From the IMG/VR virus record IMGVR_UViG_3300025032_000461: a DNA stretch of 64,000 nt. One strand, written 5' to 3'. Below the pieces are notes generated by a model. The model was given only the letters and a program-made list of their open reading frames with translations, was not told where the DNA came from and made no database searches. Origin of the DNA: an uncultured virus (IMG/VR IMGVR_UViG_3300025032_000461) (Duplodnaviria; Heunggongvirae; Uroviricota; Caudoviricetes). The position numbers and the translations under genes were made by a program. The stretch's first letter is position 1; every line of letters starts with the position of its first letter. Shown piece after piece: positions 10,448 to 19,926 of the stretch.

Positions 10448-11482
10448 ATGTTAAAAAGTATATTAAGTAAAATTAAAAAAAATAAATTTATATCCTTCAT
10501 CATTTTATCAATAGTTGCGCTGGCTTGTGCATCATATTATTTTAATGTTATTCATTTTTATTCAGATAAAATGACTTATAATTATGCAAAACTATATAGT
10601 AATCTTACTACTACAAGTAAAACCACTAAATCCTCTAATACTTCCAATGTCGATACTAACAATGATAACACTATAGGTGTTGGTGCAGAGAAGGACTTAT
10701 TATCAAGTGTTGCAGATAGTGCTTATACTGCTGTCAATAACGGCATAAGTGCCATTAAGGACACTAGTATTATTGGAGATAAGGTCATTAAAATAGTTGA
10801 GAGAACAAACCATATTATTTACTATAATTGTAATAAAAAATCTTTCAATTATATATATTTTAAGACACAACCTACACCATTAATGAATAACGAAGAAAAC
10901 ACTGAAATCATCAACCATAACCTTAGTAAAGAGATTATTTCTCAGTGCGGATTTAACAAAGATGAACAACGATTACTTAAAAACACTTCAACATTCAATC
11001 ATGATAAATTTACTAAAGGATATGGAATACACCCTAAACTACTTGAACACAATTCTGACAATAAATACACCCATAGTGTCAGCAACTTAGTCCCCGTATA
11101 CAAAACAGATGCTAGTAGTGGCTCTCTATGGTCTTATATTGATACTGTTTTGGAGTGTTGGCAAGGAAATAGATATAAATATTCCTCTGTAGAAATCTTT
11201 TCTGGAAATATTTGGAATTCAAGTTTCGAATATGATGAAATATTTGTCAAACAAAATGGCATTCATACACCTGAATCTCTATTTAAAATAATTATTGTAG
11301 ATGATAAAGATGTTTACTCTTGGGTAATTAAAAATAGTCATGCAGTACCACTTAGCCTTGAGGGTGATTCACAATCCACTATCAGTGAAATTGAAAAGCT
11401 TTCAGGAATAACATTTGATATAAAAAATGATCTTAAAAACAAAGAATCTAAGGAATTACCTTCTTTAAAACAATGTAAGTAA
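10448..11482 (+). CDS. non-specific endonuclease paralog, probably inactive
   Basis: Colinear with the upstream gene (SNLVP, LW, GNIW, TPESLFKII) but DRGH replaced by TKGY. Confidence 0.7.
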   Translation: MLKSILSKIKKNKFISFIILSIVALACASYYFNVIHFYSDKMTYNYAKLYSNLTTTSKTTKSSNTSNVDTNNDNTIGVGAEKDLLSSVADSAYTAVNNGISAIKDTSIIGDKVIKIVERTNHIIYYNCNKKSFNYIYFKTQPTPLMNNEENTEIINHNLSKEIISQCGFNKDEQRLLKNTSTFNHDKFTKGYGIHPKLLEHNSDNKYTHSVSNLVPVYKTDASSGSLWSYIDTVLECWQGNRYKYSSVEIFSGNIWNSSFEYDEIFVKQNGIHTPESLFKIIIVDDKDVYSWVIKNSHAVPLSLEGDSQSTISEIEKLSGITFDIKNDLKNKESKELPSLKQCK

Positions 11483-11556
11483 CGTTAAACAAAATTAATT
11501 GCATTTATTCTGCATTTATCGTATAATCCATTACTAAAATACAGTTGGGGAAGCTA

Positions 11557-12183
11557 ATGCAAACAAAAGAGATTTTTTTTATAAAGAAAATTTTTGAAAA
11601 AGAAGAGTTAGAGAGTATTATTGATTGCTGTTCTAACTTTATTTTCTTTTCTCAACATCTTATATTTATTACGCTCATTTATCTTTTTACTTTTTTTTCT
11701 AACGAATTCTCCATTAAGAACTCACTTATATTGGTTTTTGGTCTTATTGCATACCTTTTTTTTGGAAGAAAAAAATACACTAATATAATTAATAATAGAA
11801 AAAGTTTTAAAAACAGATATTTTCAATTTCATGTTTTAAAAATCATGCTTACTAAATATAAAACGACATTAATTAAATATACTTTTTCCAATAGGGATTT
11901 TCTTATAATGCTTTTACAAAGAATGAAATTAAGTGATATTTTTCAAACACTTCTTTTTAATCCTTGTATCAAAAATGAGAGAAAAGAACTTATTATTTCC
12001 TATGTTTTCAAAAACATAAAGCTTGACCATGCTGATCAGTATTATCTAAGTAGGCTTAATCTAGAAGAGTGTTTTATACTATCGCCAGTGTTGAAAAAAT
12101 ATCGTTCCACAATTACCAATCTCAAAGAACATGCAATAAATCAACTCCCAGAATTAATATCTAAAAATATTCAGGGATTTTAA
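11557..12183 (+). CDS. hypothetical membrane protein
   Basis: Two hydrophobic segments; TTGCAT-17-TATAAT promoter; ends NIQGF. Confidence 0.6.
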   Translation: MQTKEIFFIKKIFEKEELESIIDCCSNFIFFSQHLIFITLIYLFTFFSNEFSIKNSLILVFGLIAYLFFGRKKYTNIINNRKSFKNRYFQFHVLKIMLTKYKTTLIKYTFSNRDFLIMLLQRMKLSDIFQTLLFNPCIKNERKELIISYVFKNIKLDHADQYYLSRLNLEECFILSPVLKKYRSTITNLKEHAINQLPELISKNIQGF

Positions 12184-12256
12184 AAAAACATTGCCATACT
12201 TTGTATTTACTGTTATTATAAAAAACGTTATTTAATTTTTCATGTAGAGGATTTTT

Positions 12257-12562
12257 ATGGACTTAGAAGCACTTATTAAGGACACAAAGCATAAAGTTAT
12301 TAATGGCATTTACGCTGATAAATCAGTATTACTACGCGCTTGTGAGTTTGGAAGTGAAGAGCTATTTGATTTAATTATCAATCAAAAAAACATTAAACCA
12401 GAATTTGATTTTAACCTCCCATTCTTCTATGCTTATCATTGTTCGCATTTTAATATCTGTAAAAAATTACTTAAATACGACAGTGTAATAAAACTATTAG
12501 AGAAACAGGATTATGAAATTTTCAAAAAAATGCAAGACTACTTAAAAATTTCAAATTTTTAA
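12257..12562 (+). CDS. small ankyrin-like protein
   Basis: LLRACEFGSEELFDLII / YAYHCSHFNICKKLL; ends KISNF. Confidence 0.65.
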   Translation: MDLEALIKDTKHKVINGIYADKSVLLRACEFGSEELFDLIINQKNIKPEFDFNLPFFYAYHCSHFNICKKLLKYDSVIKLLEKQDYEIFKKMQDYLKISNF

Positions 12563-12748
12563 TTTTTAATTTTACATATCATTGACTTTTTAACTAATAA
12601 TCATATAATTATATATACGAGTTTTTTAATATTTCATTATCTTAAAAATATCTAATCTTTAAAAATTACAAGAGTAGTTCATAGAGCATACTTAATATTA
12701 CACAGGCAAGAAAATAATAATTAAAAAAATAAAAAGGTTTTTATTCAA

Positions 12749-13606
12749 ATGATACACAAAACACTTAATCAGGCAGTTTTAGCCGATGATATTGAAGATA
12801 TAAAATTTAAACTTAAAGGCAAAATTAATAAAAAAAATTTTACATACTCTTTAACTAATTCTTGCTTATTAGGAAAGACTGAAATACTTCGCTTATTACT
12901 TGATAAAAATAATGAAGATAAATTATTTACAGTGGACAAACTTCAGGATTGCCTATGGCTATCAATCAGGCATAGCCAGATTCAATCTATAAAAATTTTA
13001 TTAGAATATAATGTTGTAAAAAAAAGCGAACACATGAAATACATTTGTGAAGCTTGCAAAATAAGCAAAACACATGTCTTAGAATATCTTTTAGAGCTAA
13101 AAGACCTTTATGATCTTGAAGAATTAGATAAGGGTATTATTGAAGCATTCAAATATGGGAAGCTATCTAATATTAAGCTATTATTGAATAAATTTACTTT
13201 TGATAATAATATTTTAGAAAGTTGTGCATTGAATGCAACAATACATTCAAAAAAATTAAGTCTACAATATCTTTGTTCTAAAAAATGTTTTAGTGAAGAA
13301 TTCATTACACACTTATTTTCAAAATCATTACTTTCTAAGTCTAGTTTATCTAAATTTTTACTTTCAACCAATAATATAAATGTAACCCCATTATTATTCA
13401 ATGAAGTATTTCTATCAATAAACAAAAATTTTGGTCATACTTCTACATCTCGATTTAACCTCGTAATTGATAATATTATTATTAACATTAAGGAACGCAA
13501 CATTATTAATAATATTGACTTAAAGTCACTGGAAGGAATTATGGAACCTGTATTTTTTAATCGACTTCGGGAATCCTACCTGAAAAATAAAATTAGTGAA
13601 TTTTAA
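12749..13606 (+). CDS. ankyrin-like repeat protein
   Basis: Repeats SCLLGKTEILRLLL, AFKYGKLSNIKLLL; ends KISEF. Confidence 0.65.
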   Translation: MIHKTLNQAVLADDIEDIKFKLKGKINKKNFTYSLTNSCLLGKTEILRLLLDKNNEDKLFTVDKLQDCLWLSIRHSQIQSIKILLEYNVVKKSEHMKYICEACKISKTHVLEYLLELKDLYDLEELDKGIIEAFKYGKLSNIKLLLNKFTFDNNILESCALNATIHSKKLSLQYLCSKKCFSEEFITHLFSKSLLSKSSLSKFLLSTNNINVTPLLFNEVFLSINKNFGHTSTSRFNLVIDNIIINIKERNIINNIDLKSLEGIMEPVFFNRLRESYLKNKISEF

Positions 13607-13689
13607 ATATTAACTCATTATATAAAACGTTAATTAATTATTGCTTTTTTATTTAATTGACTTTAAACACTTCTCTGTTATTATTAAGG

Positions 13690-13764
13690 TACAGGGTCGT
13701 TTATCCTTGTTTTCATAGTTAATCCTCCTAAGAGAAAGCTTATTTTATAATCTTTCTCTTTTCC
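13690..13764 (+). ncRNA. candidate sRNA exposing an anti-Shine-Dalgarno / anti-AUG segment
   Basis: TTGACT-16-TATTAT promoter (13657-13684), 5' hairpin, TTTCATAGTTAATCCTCCT, terminator stem AAGAGAAAG/CTTTCTCTT. Confidence 0.45.
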
Positions 13765-13920
13765 TTATTTATTTTATTTCGCATAGTAATAACTTAAAAT
13801 TCCTTTCCATTTAGAAGTCATTTTTATTAATATTATTTCCTATATTTAAATTAATCCGTCATTTACTTTTTTTTATTTATATGATAATAATATATTATCA
13901 ATAATTTAAAAGAGAAATAT

Positions 13921-14544
13921 ATGTTAAAATTACTTCTACTACTTTCACTATTCATTTTATCCCCTACTATTTTAGCAAACAATTATGTTATTAAATTAAG
14001 TGGTGATTACAGTAAATCAATTAGTGTACAAAATTCCAAGAAAAACTCATCTTCTCAAACTGATAATGTTTGTAAATTATCACTCACTAATTTAAAAGGG
14101 AAGGTTAGTTATGGCTCTGCATTTAGAGATTTAGAGTTACATACTCCTGATGGAACCTTTGATTTTGGAACTAGAAATAACTACACAAATACCACTGCTG
14201 ACTTCACTTATGCTTCAATTCAATCAAGTAGCTCATACAATAATGGAACATTGTTTTATGCCACTAATGCCATTAAAAACTATCGCATTAGTAGTTATTA
14301 CTGGTTATCAAATGAAACCATTGCTAGTTTTAATATTACATTAAAACAACCCACTTCATTAACACAATTATCATTATCTGATCATGTATATGATGCTGAT
14401 GAAAGAAGAGGAACTGCAGAAGGATACATTGTTACTCTTTATGATTGTAGCGACAATATATTATTTACAAAAGAATTAACTGAAAAACTAACTCCATACG
14501 AAAGAGCATCAGTCAATGTTGTAGGATATTTAGACCTTTTTTAA
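13921..14544 (+). CDS. secreted protein, beta-rich, function unknown
   Basis: Signal peptide MLKLLLLLSLFILSPTILA. Confidence 0.65.
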   Translation: MLKLLLLLSLFILSPTILANNYVIKLSGDYSKSISVQNSKKNSSSQTDNVCKLSLTNLKGKVSYGSAFRDLELHTPDGTFDFGTRNNYTNTTADFTYASIQSSSSYNNGTLFYATNAIKNYRISSYYWLSNETIASFNITLKQPTSLTQLSLSDHVYDADERRGTAEGYIVTLYDCSDNILFTKELTEKLTPYERASVNVVGYLDLF

Positions 14545-14767
14545 ATCAATTTTTGCATACTACAATAATATTTCTTATTATAGTTTATTGTCCCATTAGA
14601 ACATTATGCTTTTTATACAAAAAAAAATAACAAAAATACATACTTTACTATTAAACAATATTATTTACAAAATAATATTAAAAATTTTTAAAAAATACCT
14701 ATTTTGTTTCTTTATTTTTAAAAAAAATGCTATAATGAATAAATAAAGGACATTAGGGGATTAAAAA

Positions 14768-16075
14768 ATGCACACTCAATATTTAGGCGAAAACTCAAGC
14801 GAATATAAAAGTCTTATTCGCAATAACATATTTAACAATGAACTAGAAGAATTTAAAATCATAAATGATAATGGTTCTTTTACTGGTTTTAAGGTTAAAA
14901 AAGATGATAAGGAAGGTTATGCATACTTTAATCACAAAGGTGATTTTTATGAATTTGCAGAAGCAGCAGATTGCACAGTATCTTCTTTAAAAAAACATTT
15001 AATTGCTGAAAAAACTATGGTTAATCATAATGCGTACTCAACTGCACTTTTAAATAGCAGAGATTATGCGACTAAAAGCATTCAAAATTACGAAATTGAA
15101 TTTACAAATTCAGACTTATTACCAGAAGTTGTTGTGGCTTCAAGAATTATATTAGATGGTGTTGAAGGTTTTGTATTCAATAGAACTGAAAAACATACTT
15201 CTTTGGAAGATCTTGATAGAAATACAAATGTTTTCGTTGAAAAAAAACTAGTTAACATTCTTGGAAAAATGAATTCATTCACTGTTAACAGCAATGAAGA
15301 GCTTGATATTATTAGAGCTAAAAAAATAAAAGAACAATACTCTAAAACTGTTGATTTTTTTGAAAAAAATAACATTAAATTCCTTCATTTTCCAAATGAA
15401 AAAAATTATATAGAACATAATGGGGCAAACATAGATTATTTAATTAATAGATTAAAGGGATTCAGTGGCAATGCAGAATCTAATTTATTTAATCAAACTT
15501 ATAGTGATCTATCACACTTGTCTAATGAGATAAAAAAAGAGACACTAAATAATAAAACTATTGCTGCTGTTAATGCTAATGTTGATAATTATGGTTTTTA
15601 TGTAGAAGCGCAAGAAGATTATGCAAATAATATTTTTAGCCTTGACATTAAGGATAGTCAAAACAAAAAACTATCTTCAATTATTGTTAGTCATTTCCAC
15701 TTTGAGGTCGATCAAAAATTAAATGATCTTACATTACCCTCTGTTGAATTTACATTACTTGATCTTAGCAATGAATTAAATTTAGAAGATAAAAAAGTAC
15801 AGGTTTTTGAAAATGGAGAATTTATTTCACTTAATCAATCTAAGTTTAAGGATATTTATGAAACATTTAATAAATTTGCTTTTACTACCAGTGAAGATGC
15901 TGTTGAATATAAACTTGATTATGTTAAAGATAATGACGGTAATGAGTCAGAAGCTGTTTTTCTTGATTTACGCAATAAATTTTCTGCTAACTTATTTATG
16001 ACTAGTATGATTGAAAGTATACCAAGTATTGCTTCTCAGTTCTCAACAAAAAATATCAGTAAATTAAAAATATAG
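14768..16075 (+). CDS. hypothetical protein
   Basis: 435-aa ORF, AGGGGA RBS, ends SKLKI. Confidence 0.7.
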   Translation: MHTQYLGENSSEYKSLIRNNIFNNELEEFKIINDNGSFTGFKVKKDDKEGYAYFNHKGDFYEFAEAADCTVSSLKKHLIAEKTMVNHNAYSTALLNSRDYATKSIQNYEIEFTNSDLLPEVVVASRIILDGVEGFVFNRTEKHTSLEDLDRNTNVFVEKKLVNILGKMNSFTVNSNEELDIIRAKKIKEQYSKTVDFFEKNNIKFLHFPNEKNYIEHNGANIDYLINRLKGFSGNAESNLFNQTYSDLSHLSNEIKKETLNNKTIAAVNANVDNYGFYVEAQEDYANNIFSLDIKDSQNKKLSSIIVSHFHFEVDQKLNDLTLPSVEFTLLDLSNELNLEDKKVQVFENGEFISLNQSKFKDIYETFNKFAFTTSEDAVEYKLDYVKDNDGNESEAVFLDLRNKFSANLFMTSMIESIPSIASQFSTKNISKLKI

Positions 16076-16088
16076 TCAATGATTTTCC

Positions 16089-16119
16089 AAAAAAAAGAAG
16101 CCAGTAGGCTTCTTTTTTT
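16089..16119. terminator. bidirectional intrinsic terminator
   Basis: A-run gaagcc-agta-ggcttc T-run. Confidence 0.8.
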
Positions 16120-16255
16120 GTGATATGTTTTTTTACGAGATATCACACAACTTTACCAAAGTTTACTCGTATTAATTATAAGTGCTTTACGCTAACGATA
16201 ATAAAGTAATTAATAAATTTTAATACCGTGCTTATGTTGGTAACATAAACATACA
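16090..16255 (-). ncRNA. candidate structured sRNA of about 165 nt
   Basis: TTGACA-17-TATAGT promoter (16289-16261), several hairpins, no RBS-led ORF, ends at the terminator. Confidence 0.4.
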
Positions 16256-16355
16256 ATAACACTATATATACTTGTTTATTGTTTGTCAATCATTTATTGA
16301 CTTATTTCATAATATAGATATAATATCAAAATTACTTTATTAAGGATTGAATACA

Positions 16356-17213
16356 ATGATTAGCAAATATAGAGATATTTCCATTGAGATTATTGATATT
16401 GGAGAAGGTTTTTACACTCAAGGAAATCATATATCTTTATTTGCAAAATTAACTGCAAACCTTCACAAAAAAACAAATGAACTCATTAATATTTTTGGAT
16501 TTGAAGATAATTACATTATTGATTATAATGGTTTTTTGTATTATTTAAATGATCATTACGTAGAAGAACTCATTAAGTTTAGACCGCAAAATAAAATTAA
16601 TCAAAAATTAATTTCGGTAGAGCAAAAATACAATATTGCAATTTGCAATCCACCAATTCATTCAAGCGACCAAGAAAAAAATATACTCACATTATCATTC
16701 CCGACCAATTTACTTTCAGGCTTTAATACTATTGATGACGTTTTACAAAAATTATCTGCTTTTTATCCACAATATCCAATAGCACACAAAAAATCAGAAA
16801 TTAACTTCCTTACACATCAAGTTAAAATAATTAAAAACAATAAAATGTTAAATGCAGAATATTTTCAATCAATATCTAATCATAAAGTTTATTCAATACT
16901 TGAATTAACTCATAGAATTATAGAAACTAATTTTTTACCTAATATTAGTAAAGAGAATATTATTGAATTTTATAAACAATTTTGCAACGTATCTCATGAA
17001 GAATATTATTTTGAAGTCAAATCTGATACAAATCTTCATGTTATCGGAATTTTTGCAAAGAAACTTTATAAGCATAATGTTCTGGACTACTTTTTTTATC
17101 CAATTGACGTTGTTAATAATAACGAATCTATTTTTGATTTTTTCTCAAACCGCTTCTTTTTAACAATACTACTTAAACAGTCATTTCTATCCAACAAGAT
17201 TGATCACTTTTAA
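16356..17213 (+). CDS. hypothetical protein
   Basis: TTGACT-16-TATAAT promoter, AAGGA RBS; ends KIDHF. Confidence 0.65.
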   Translation: MISKYRDISIEIIDIGEGFYTQGNHISLFAKLTANLHKKTNELINIFGFEDNYIIDYNGFLYYLNDHYVEELIKFRPQNKINQKLISVEQKYNIAICNPPIHSSDQEKNILTLSFPTNLLSGFNTIDDVLQKLSAFYPQYPIAHKKSEINFLTHQVKIIKNNKMLNAEYFQSISNHKVYSILELTHRIIETNFLPNISKENIIEFYKQFCNVSHEEYYFEVKSDTNLHVIGIFAKKLYKHNVLDYFFYPIDVVNNNESIFDFFSNRFFLTILLKQSFLSNKIDHF

Positions 17214-17230
17214 TTCATTTTTTATTTTCT

Positions 17231-17280
17231 CTGAAACTCACCATAGCTAAAGCAAGGAGCTTCCTTTTTCTGTTTTTTTG
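17231..17280 (-). repeat. solo IS200/IS605-type right-end hairpin
   Basis: Minus strand AGGAAGCTCCTTGCTTTAGCTATGGTGAGTTTCAG; inverted copy of 19168-19215. Confidence 0.6.
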
Positions 17281-17317
17281 TGATATAATTTAATAATAAC
17301 AATAAATAGGATTCATC

Positions 17318-18532
17318 ATGGAAGATAACGATTTGCTCTACAATCATGTTAGGAAAGAAGAGTTGCTTACTCTTGGAGCATATCGCCTTTTAACGGAAGA
17401 ACTTGCTTGCCTTAGAGACACTACTGCTTATCGTGGTCTTAGCTTTAGAACTAAGAGAGAGTATGAAGATTTCATTCAATTGCTTGATTCAGGAGAATAT
17501 CATCCTGCAGTTCCTGAAAGTTTCTCAACATCATTAGTTACCGCTGAATCTTTTGCTAAAAATAAAAAATCTTTTTTCTTTTTCAATGACAACATTATTG
17601 CACTTGAAAACAGCTACAAAAATCTTACTTATGAAAACATATCCGTTTATGCTGGAGTTGTTATTGAGATTGTTATACCGCAAGGGGAAGGTGTTGATGT
17701 TAATCGTTCAGATTGTGGAGTTGAAGATGAAATTATTTTTTCAACACCAGATAAAATAAATTATACATACAAAATAATTGATAGTTTTGAAACTCAGTTA
17801 AAGAAAAATCCGATTGATATTAATCAATATATTTTAAAAAATGACATTAAAGATCCACTTAGTAAATACATTATGTTTAACATGCAAGAACAAATCAATC
17901 CAGCAACTCAGATGTTTATTGCAACCTCATTTTTTAAGCCTTTACCTCTAGTTAAACACATTAATAATTACCATATTGATAATGATAAAAATCTAGTTGC
18001 TTCTGAACATAATCCATCATTTTTAAACACTGATAGAATTGATATTAAGTTTCATTTCAACAATATTATATCTCCTTACCAAAGCGGTGTCTTTACAGAT
18101 CCAAATGTTATTAAATTTATTAAAGATAAACTTAATAATATTGTTCTTGAAGCTTGCGAGTTTATTGAGTCTGAATATCATTATGGAGATAGAGAAGAGA
18201 AAATCTACTATGACATGTCCAATATTAGTAATATAGGGTATTTATGCTCGGAGTATGCCCAGAATCGCATTTTAGAGTGTAATTTTATGTGTACTCCACA
18301 AACGTATAACGAAATCAATGAAGACATTAGAGCGCTTAATGGACGCGAAGATTTAACTTCTGATGAAAAAAACAATATATTCAGAAATAAGACAGAAGAT
18401 ATCAAAAATTTTCTTTTAAATAGAATTAATTCATTACCAAAAAAAGAGGAAACCGTTGCATTACAAATAGAAGAAGAAAATAATAAAAAAAATGATATTA
18501 TTATTAAAATAAAAAAAATAAGGAACTCTTAA
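17318..18532 (+). CDS. putative ADP-ribosyltransferase (R-S-E class) N-terminal domain plus unknown C-terminal domain
   Basis: AYRGLSF ... SFSTS....SFA ... EDEIIF. Confidence 0.6.
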   Translation: MEDNDLLYNHVRKEELLTLGAYRLLTEELACLRDTTAYRGLSFRTKREYEDFIQLLDSGEYHPAVPESFSTSLVTAESFAKNKKSFFFFNDNIIALENSYKNLTYENISVYAGVVIEIVIPQGEGVDVNRSDCGVEDEIIFSTPDKINYTYKIIDSFETQLKKNPIDINQYILKNDIKDPLSKYIMFNMQEQINPATQMFIATSFFKPLPLVKHINNYHIDNDKNLVASEHNPSFLNTDRIDIKFHFNNIISPYQSGVFTDPNVIKFIKDKLNNIVLEACEFIESEYHYGDREEKIYYDMSNISNIGYLCSEYAQNRILECNFMCTPQTYNEINEDIRALNGREDLTSDEKNNIFRNKTEDIKNFLLNRINSLPKKEETVALQIEEENNKKNDIIIKIKKIRNS

Positions 18533-18551
18533 AGGAGTTCCCGTAATTATA

Positions 18552-19094
18552 TTACCAACCACTAAAAACCAAATAATCATCTTCCCAGTTAAAATGTTTA
18601 TATATTGAAATTAAGTTAAATACCATATACTCATAAGAGCCTAAATTAGTTACACAAAGATTATTTTCATCCCAAACTAATGGTGATACAAACTCAGTAT
18701 CCCAATCATTCCTCTTACTCATAATCATTGATGCTATCCTGCCTATTGCACTTCCACCACACCCATTATGAAGATCTATATGTAAGCTGTTGTACATTTT
18801 AGATATTTCTTTGGTAATTAAATTAATTATTTCCTTTAAGTTTTCTTTACTTAAAATACTGAATTCATAACCATATTCCTTTAAATCAAATGAATAGAAT
18901 CTAGCCCATTCAGAGCTACTTGGGTAAGGCAAGTCTGGAATGTATTCTATTTCCTCAAAGCCTTCAATTGAAGCAAAAATAAAATTATCTGGATCATCAT
19001 CACCAAACTCCTTTAATACATCTTCATATGATTTACCATTATATTGATTTTTTAATTCTTTTTCTATTTTACCTAGTCTTAATCTATATGACAT
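18552..19094 (-). CDS. hypothetical protein
   Basis: GAGG RBS; 180 aa; ends LVFSGW. Confidence 0.7.
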   Translation of the reverse strand: MSYRLRLGKIEKELKNQYNGKSYEDVLKEFGDDDPDNFIFASIEGFEEIEYIPDLPYPSSSEWARFYSFDLKEYGYEFSILSKENLKEIINLITKEISKMYNSLHIDLHNGCGGSAIGRIASMIMSKRNDWDTEFVSPLVWDENNLCVTNLGSYEYMVFNLISIYKHFNWEDDYLVFSGW

Positions 19095-19167
19095 GAATAC
19101 CTCTACTTTAATTTAAAAACATATTATATTACATTTTCACAATTCAGTCAATTAAAATAGTCCTCAC

Positions 19168-19215
19168 CAAAAATAGAAAAAGGAAGCCCCTTGATTTATC
19201 TATGGGGAGTTTCAG
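19168..19215 (+). repeat. solo IS200/IS605-type right-end hairpin
   Basis: AGGAAGCCCCTTGATTTATCTATGGGGAGTTTCAG. Confidence 0.6.
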
Positions 19216-19320
19216 TATGATTGACTTTACTATTTAAATCTGTAATAATTAAACATTAATTATGGGGAGTTTCAGTATGATTGACTTTACTATTTAAATC
19301 TGTAATAATTAAACATTAAT
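19201..19320 (+). repeat. exact 60-bp tandem duplication containing a sigma70-like promoter
   Basis: 19201-19260 is identical to 19261-19320; includes TTGACT...TGTAATAAT. Confidence 0.9.
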
Positions 19321-19338
19321 TAATGGAGGCTAATTATT

Positions 19339-19926
19339 TTGAGTGATAAAAATATTATTTTAGAAAAATATAAAAAAAATATCTATACAAGCATAGATGT
19401 TTCTAGCTTTTTTGATTATCACGACCCTTTAAAGATCATTACAACACTTATTGAGCACCATGAATATAAAAAAACTATTATTCATAATTTTATCATTATA
19501 TTGTTTTCCCTTGGCAAACATGAGATTATCAATAAAATGGAGTCTTTATATCTCAATTCCTTCTCAAATATTTATAAGGAAGAAAACTCATACGCTGCAT
19601 TTAGCGCTGCCATAACTAACAACCATATTGAGACAGTTAAATACCTTTTAGATAAAAAAGTCCCTTTTTTTAATAACTCAATAGAACTCACCATATATAG
19701 AGATAATATCGTTTTACTTAAATTACTTCTAAATAATTTTAGTCCACTATCTGACTTCTATTATACCAAATACCTATTGTTATCAGCAGATCTCAAAAAA
19801 ACTAATTTCTTATCATTTTTTGTTTTAATGCCACAGTTCAAAGAACTATCCGAACTAAAACTGTCTGTTATAAATGAGTCATATGAAAAGGAAATTCGAG
19901 CAATATTAAACTTATCACAGTTTTAA
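19339..19926 (+). CDS. ankyrin-like protein
   Basis: AAITNNHIETVKYLLDK; GGAGG RBS, TTG start; ends NLSQF. Confidence 0.7.
   Translation: MSDKNIILEKYKKNIYTSIDVSSFFDYHDPLKIITTLIEHHEYKKTIIHNFIIILFSLGKHEIINKMESLYLNSFSNIYKEENSYAAFSAAITNNHIETVKYLLDKKVPFFNNSIELTIYRDNIVLLKLLLNNFSPLSDFYYTKYLLLSADLKKTNFLSFFVLMPQFKELSELKLSVINESYEKEIRAILNLSQF

Noticed and set aside
16119..16147. TGTGA...TCACA as a CRP site
   Set aside because: The spacer is far longer than 6 bp; better explained as an RNA hairpin.
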